From positions 16,990,001-17,054,000 of the forward strand of contig NC_087250.1 in assembly GCF_037042905.1 (NCBI RefSeq): a stretch of 64,000 nucleotides of DNA. Reading direction: 5' to 3'. The notes beneath the pieces were generated by a model. That model saw nothing but the letters and a program-made list of their open reading frames with translations. It was not told the DNA's origin and did no database searches. This stretch comes from Lytechinus pictus. Taxonomy: Eukaryota. How positions within the stretch are numbered: the stretch's first letter is position 1; each line of letters begins with the position of its first letter. The position numbers and the translations under genes were made by a program. This document shows positions 60,731 to 64,000 of this stretch, in pieces.

Positions 60731-62140
60731 ATTTGAAATATACTTTCTAATCTTGATTTATTCGTGATTTATTTAATCCACCAATTCATATTGCGTGAAA
60801 GATATGTGATGATGATGTTGTTGCTACCAAACTATGTTGTGATGAAATGGCACTATTTAGATGATGGTAATGATGATAATGAAGAATGCTTCTATATGAC
60901 TGGAATATGATGGTGCTACTGATTAATTGATTGATTGATTTTGTTTGTCAGGTATCTATAGGTATAATACTAGTACAACAGGTAAGAGTATAACATTAAG
61001 TATCAAAATACCATGCATGCATGGCAAGATATTCCATAAAAACCATTGAAAAATAGCATACTGTGACATTTTATCATAAGGCGCAGCCAAATTAAATATT
61101 CTTCCTAAAGAGATAAATGAGTTTGATTTAAGAGTGGGATAGAAATAAAAATGATATGAGAATAATTGGTTGCTTGCATGATTATGTGGTATGTGTGTGT
61201 GTGGAAGAGAGAGCTGGAGAGGGGGGGGGTGGGATCAAGAGATTTAGGGGCGGGCAGGTACAAAACATTTATTTTGATTGAAAGTGACCTTTATAAGATA
61301 GCCTTGATGAGAGCGAATTCATGCGGAGGGGGGGGGGTACTGGGCTTTTTTTTTGCTCCCATCCCAAACTCAGAAAATTTGTTGTTGTTTTTTAAAAATT
61401 ACCTTCTGATTGCTTTGCTCTCTTGCTCAGATTTCTCTGATCATTTGAAGTACTTACCCCCCCCCCCAAAAAAAAAAAAAAAACATATAAATGATTATGG
61501 CTATTCATGTGTAATGAAAATAATATGCAGTGATGAACACCTGATAGAGCAAGCACATCCCAAAGTTCAATCATGATTAATAAATCCCTATTGTAAGCTT
61601 CCATATGTCTTCCAGGGAAATATAGCTAGCAAATAAAAAATTGTATTAATTGATGTAGTAATAATCGCGACAGATAATAATTAAAAATATGTAAACAAAG
61701 ACGGATGAATAAACAACTGAATACCGCGGGGGGGTGAACGGGAATGAATGAATTCATTTCATATTCAATCACGTCGCGCATTATGCTGATTAGTGACAAT
61801 ATTCTTATTTGCATATTTTTACGCTGTGCGCGCAGGCCAATTATGACCACGCCTTCGTTTCGCTGGTGTGCCATGAAGTTGCGGGTCCATAGGCTTGTAC
61901 GTGAAAAATGGGAGCAGTGTGCACTTTTGACCTTCCAAAATTTCCCCATGTCTAACCGGATGCAGAAGCGGAGTTTCACCCCCTGCGCTATCCCCTCTTT
62001 CACGCCCCTCACCTGAGGGTAGGAAATCGTGGGGCTGTTTTCATTTCGGGCGTAGAGGTCGAGGATTGTGTTATTGATCAACTGAAAAGCAGAACAGTCC
62101 TGGCAAAGGACTAGGTGTAGCGCTGTACCTGCATGAAAGG

Positions 62141-62971
62141 CCGGGGGCACTTCCATTGATGAGTGACCATGCGTGACCATGGGGTTTCGAAAAAAAACCT
62201 TAAACAAGTATTTCCATGTTCTGAAAATACACCCCTTAACAAGTATAGGCGTGTGAAACCACACCCTTAACAAGTACTGGAAACAAGACGGTATTCCCTG
62301 AATTGACCCCCTAAACAAGTACAACGATATACCTGAATAGACCAGTTCGTAGTTACTTCATGGATAATTTTGGTCAAATGACCTTTGATTTCTTTCAGTG
62401 TGATGGGCAGATTTCAAAGCAAGATATTACGTAAGCATGCCTTACATAGCAAGATAAAGATTTTGAATAGACCAGGTGACTAGAATAGCAGACCATTCAA
62501 TACTCTATGAAGGTATTTGTTGCATTTCTACTTTGAATGCATACTATAGCACCAGTCGTCCGTGGACAAATTGTTGTTTTTTTGTGGATGTAAATGAAAA
62601 ACACAACTCAAAGAAATATATGAATAATCAAGACATCAAAGTTGGTGCTTATCTCATTAAATTTTTAACCACCATGTCACTTTAGTACAAATGACCTTCC
62701 TCTGATCATTCGCAGAATCTTCTGATCATGCGCAGAATGGAACTACGAACTGGCTTATTGATATGTCACGGACGTGATTAGTGACGTCGACTTTACCTTT
62801 ACTTTCATTGGGTTTAGTACCACCCCACACACCTCGCTCAAATCGGACCCTAAACACGTAGTGTTGGGGCAAAAAGTACATAAACTTATACCCTCGCAAA
62901 TTCGACCGTAGACACCATTATGTTTTTTGGTCACGCATGGTATCCATTCGTCAATGGAAGTTGGCCCCCGG
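62141..62971. mobile_element. CCGGGGG-ended TIR element hosting the 62339-62755 insertion
   Basis: CCGGGGGCACTTCCATTGA...TCAATGGAAGTTGGCCCCCGG, with internal CCCTAAAC/CCCTTAAC repeats. A similar left end lies at about 46008-46090. Confidence 0.7.
62339..62755 (+). mobile_element. Second copy of the TSD-less TIR element
   Basis: Colinear with 27661-28110. Flanks GAAT| and |TATTG. Confidence 0.85.
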
Positions 62972-64000
62972 GATGAAAGGAGGAAAAAGGGTCGCCTATT
63001 CAGAACTTTTGTCTCATGCACGTTGACGTTTAGCCCTTTTACCATAGTCATACCTGGCGAAACAGTCTCCTGACCGATCAAAGCTATTACGTTAGTTCCA
63101 ATGACCCACCATAGATCGCTTGAGAGTGGGTTGCAGTGGTGTGGCTGTTCCAAAATACTGCAACCTGCTGACGTATACTATCCATTTTGAAGGCAGACAA
63201 TTACGTAGCAATTCGTGAACACACCTTAATACTTATCTGTAGCAGTCTTGGGACAAATTGTAAGGTAAGAATCTGCAGGAAATGACAGATATTTGTGGGG
63301 GGATTATGATACAGTTCTCATTCAATTATGGTGAGATGAATTCTTCCTTTGGTGGTGAATAAACTTGGTATTTTCAAGCCAAGTTTTCAAGTTTGGAACA
63401 TCCAGTTAGACTTGTTGTACATGTACATCATTTATATTCACAGATTAATTCTACTTCGTCTACAACAAGCTCAACTAATCGTATGGTCTAATTGTCATTT
63501 AGTTCATTTTAGCATTTTGTATATTTTCCATTGAGGCTTGTAGTGACCAAACTAATTCATTTCATTTTAAAGTTTGATTCGTTACTTTTTTACCATTTCG
63601 GGTGTGGTGAAATCAGTGACGTCACAATCCGCGAAGTTTGGTCACGTGGGTGTGGTATAGAATAGTCCTCCCTTTTTTCTGTCATAATCATATATGGTTA
63701 TAATATTGTTGTCGAAATAGTATTATGTATTTGTAGTTAATTATTCACCAGCCCTGAGGCCATTTAATTATTTTACAGGCTGCTGGCCATGGGCGCAGCT
63801 GACCAGGACACGCGCATGTAACTATATCCTTGGCAATTAATATCCTGCTTCGATCTCTGGTTATTATATATAATAAACGGCAGGCACACCAACTTTCTTA
63901 CTGCCTGATCTGCGCCCACAGTCGTTCTTCTCTTTCACCCTTGTTGTGAATAACTGGCCACATCAAAGGCTGCATGTAGGGACGGGTAATCAGGGACGGA

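Noticed and set aside
61626..62324. 232-aa minus-strand ORF
   Set aside because: No recognisable motifs; it starts at a non-ATG codon inside a TIR element and crosses the element boundary.
63100..63271. Possible exon ending AAG|GTAAGA
   Set aside because: A single donor-like site with no supporting frame, acceptor or partner exon in the window.

Overview
AT-rich, repeat-dense animal genomic DNA. The repeat families (Deu-domain SINE, poly-G/C hAT-type MITEs, Tx1 and CR1/L2 LINEs) suggest a deuterostome invertebrate, most likely a sea urchin; this is inference, not a database match. The only convincing host protein-coding gene is a divergent class A (rhodopsin-like) GPCR whose seven TM helices lie in one open frame (25361-26605, minus). 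The largest feature is a near full-length Tx1/L1-clade retrotransposon (about 16087-23389). Its ORF2 (APE-RT-zinc finger, 1257 aa) is uninterrupted. Its ORF1 is split by a 1983-bp PIF/Harbinger-type insertion, and removing that insertion restores a 401-aa frame. The rest is nested mobile DNA: two more decayed Tx1-like copies, CR1/L2 fragments, four SINEs and many non-autonomous DNA transposons, many with TIRs and TSDs readable directly from the sequence. I see no CRISPR array or prokaryote-type system and cannot demonstrate a new biological system. The best leads are (1) a candidate spliced non-coding gene with a TCT/5'TOP-type promoter, possibly a snoRNA host (about 56790-60730); (2) recurrent discordant CTG...CAG target-site duplications on Harbinger-type MITEs; (3) a TIR element that inserts at AAT|T with no duplication; and (4) a 160-bp tandem array carrying perfect RFX X-box motifs.
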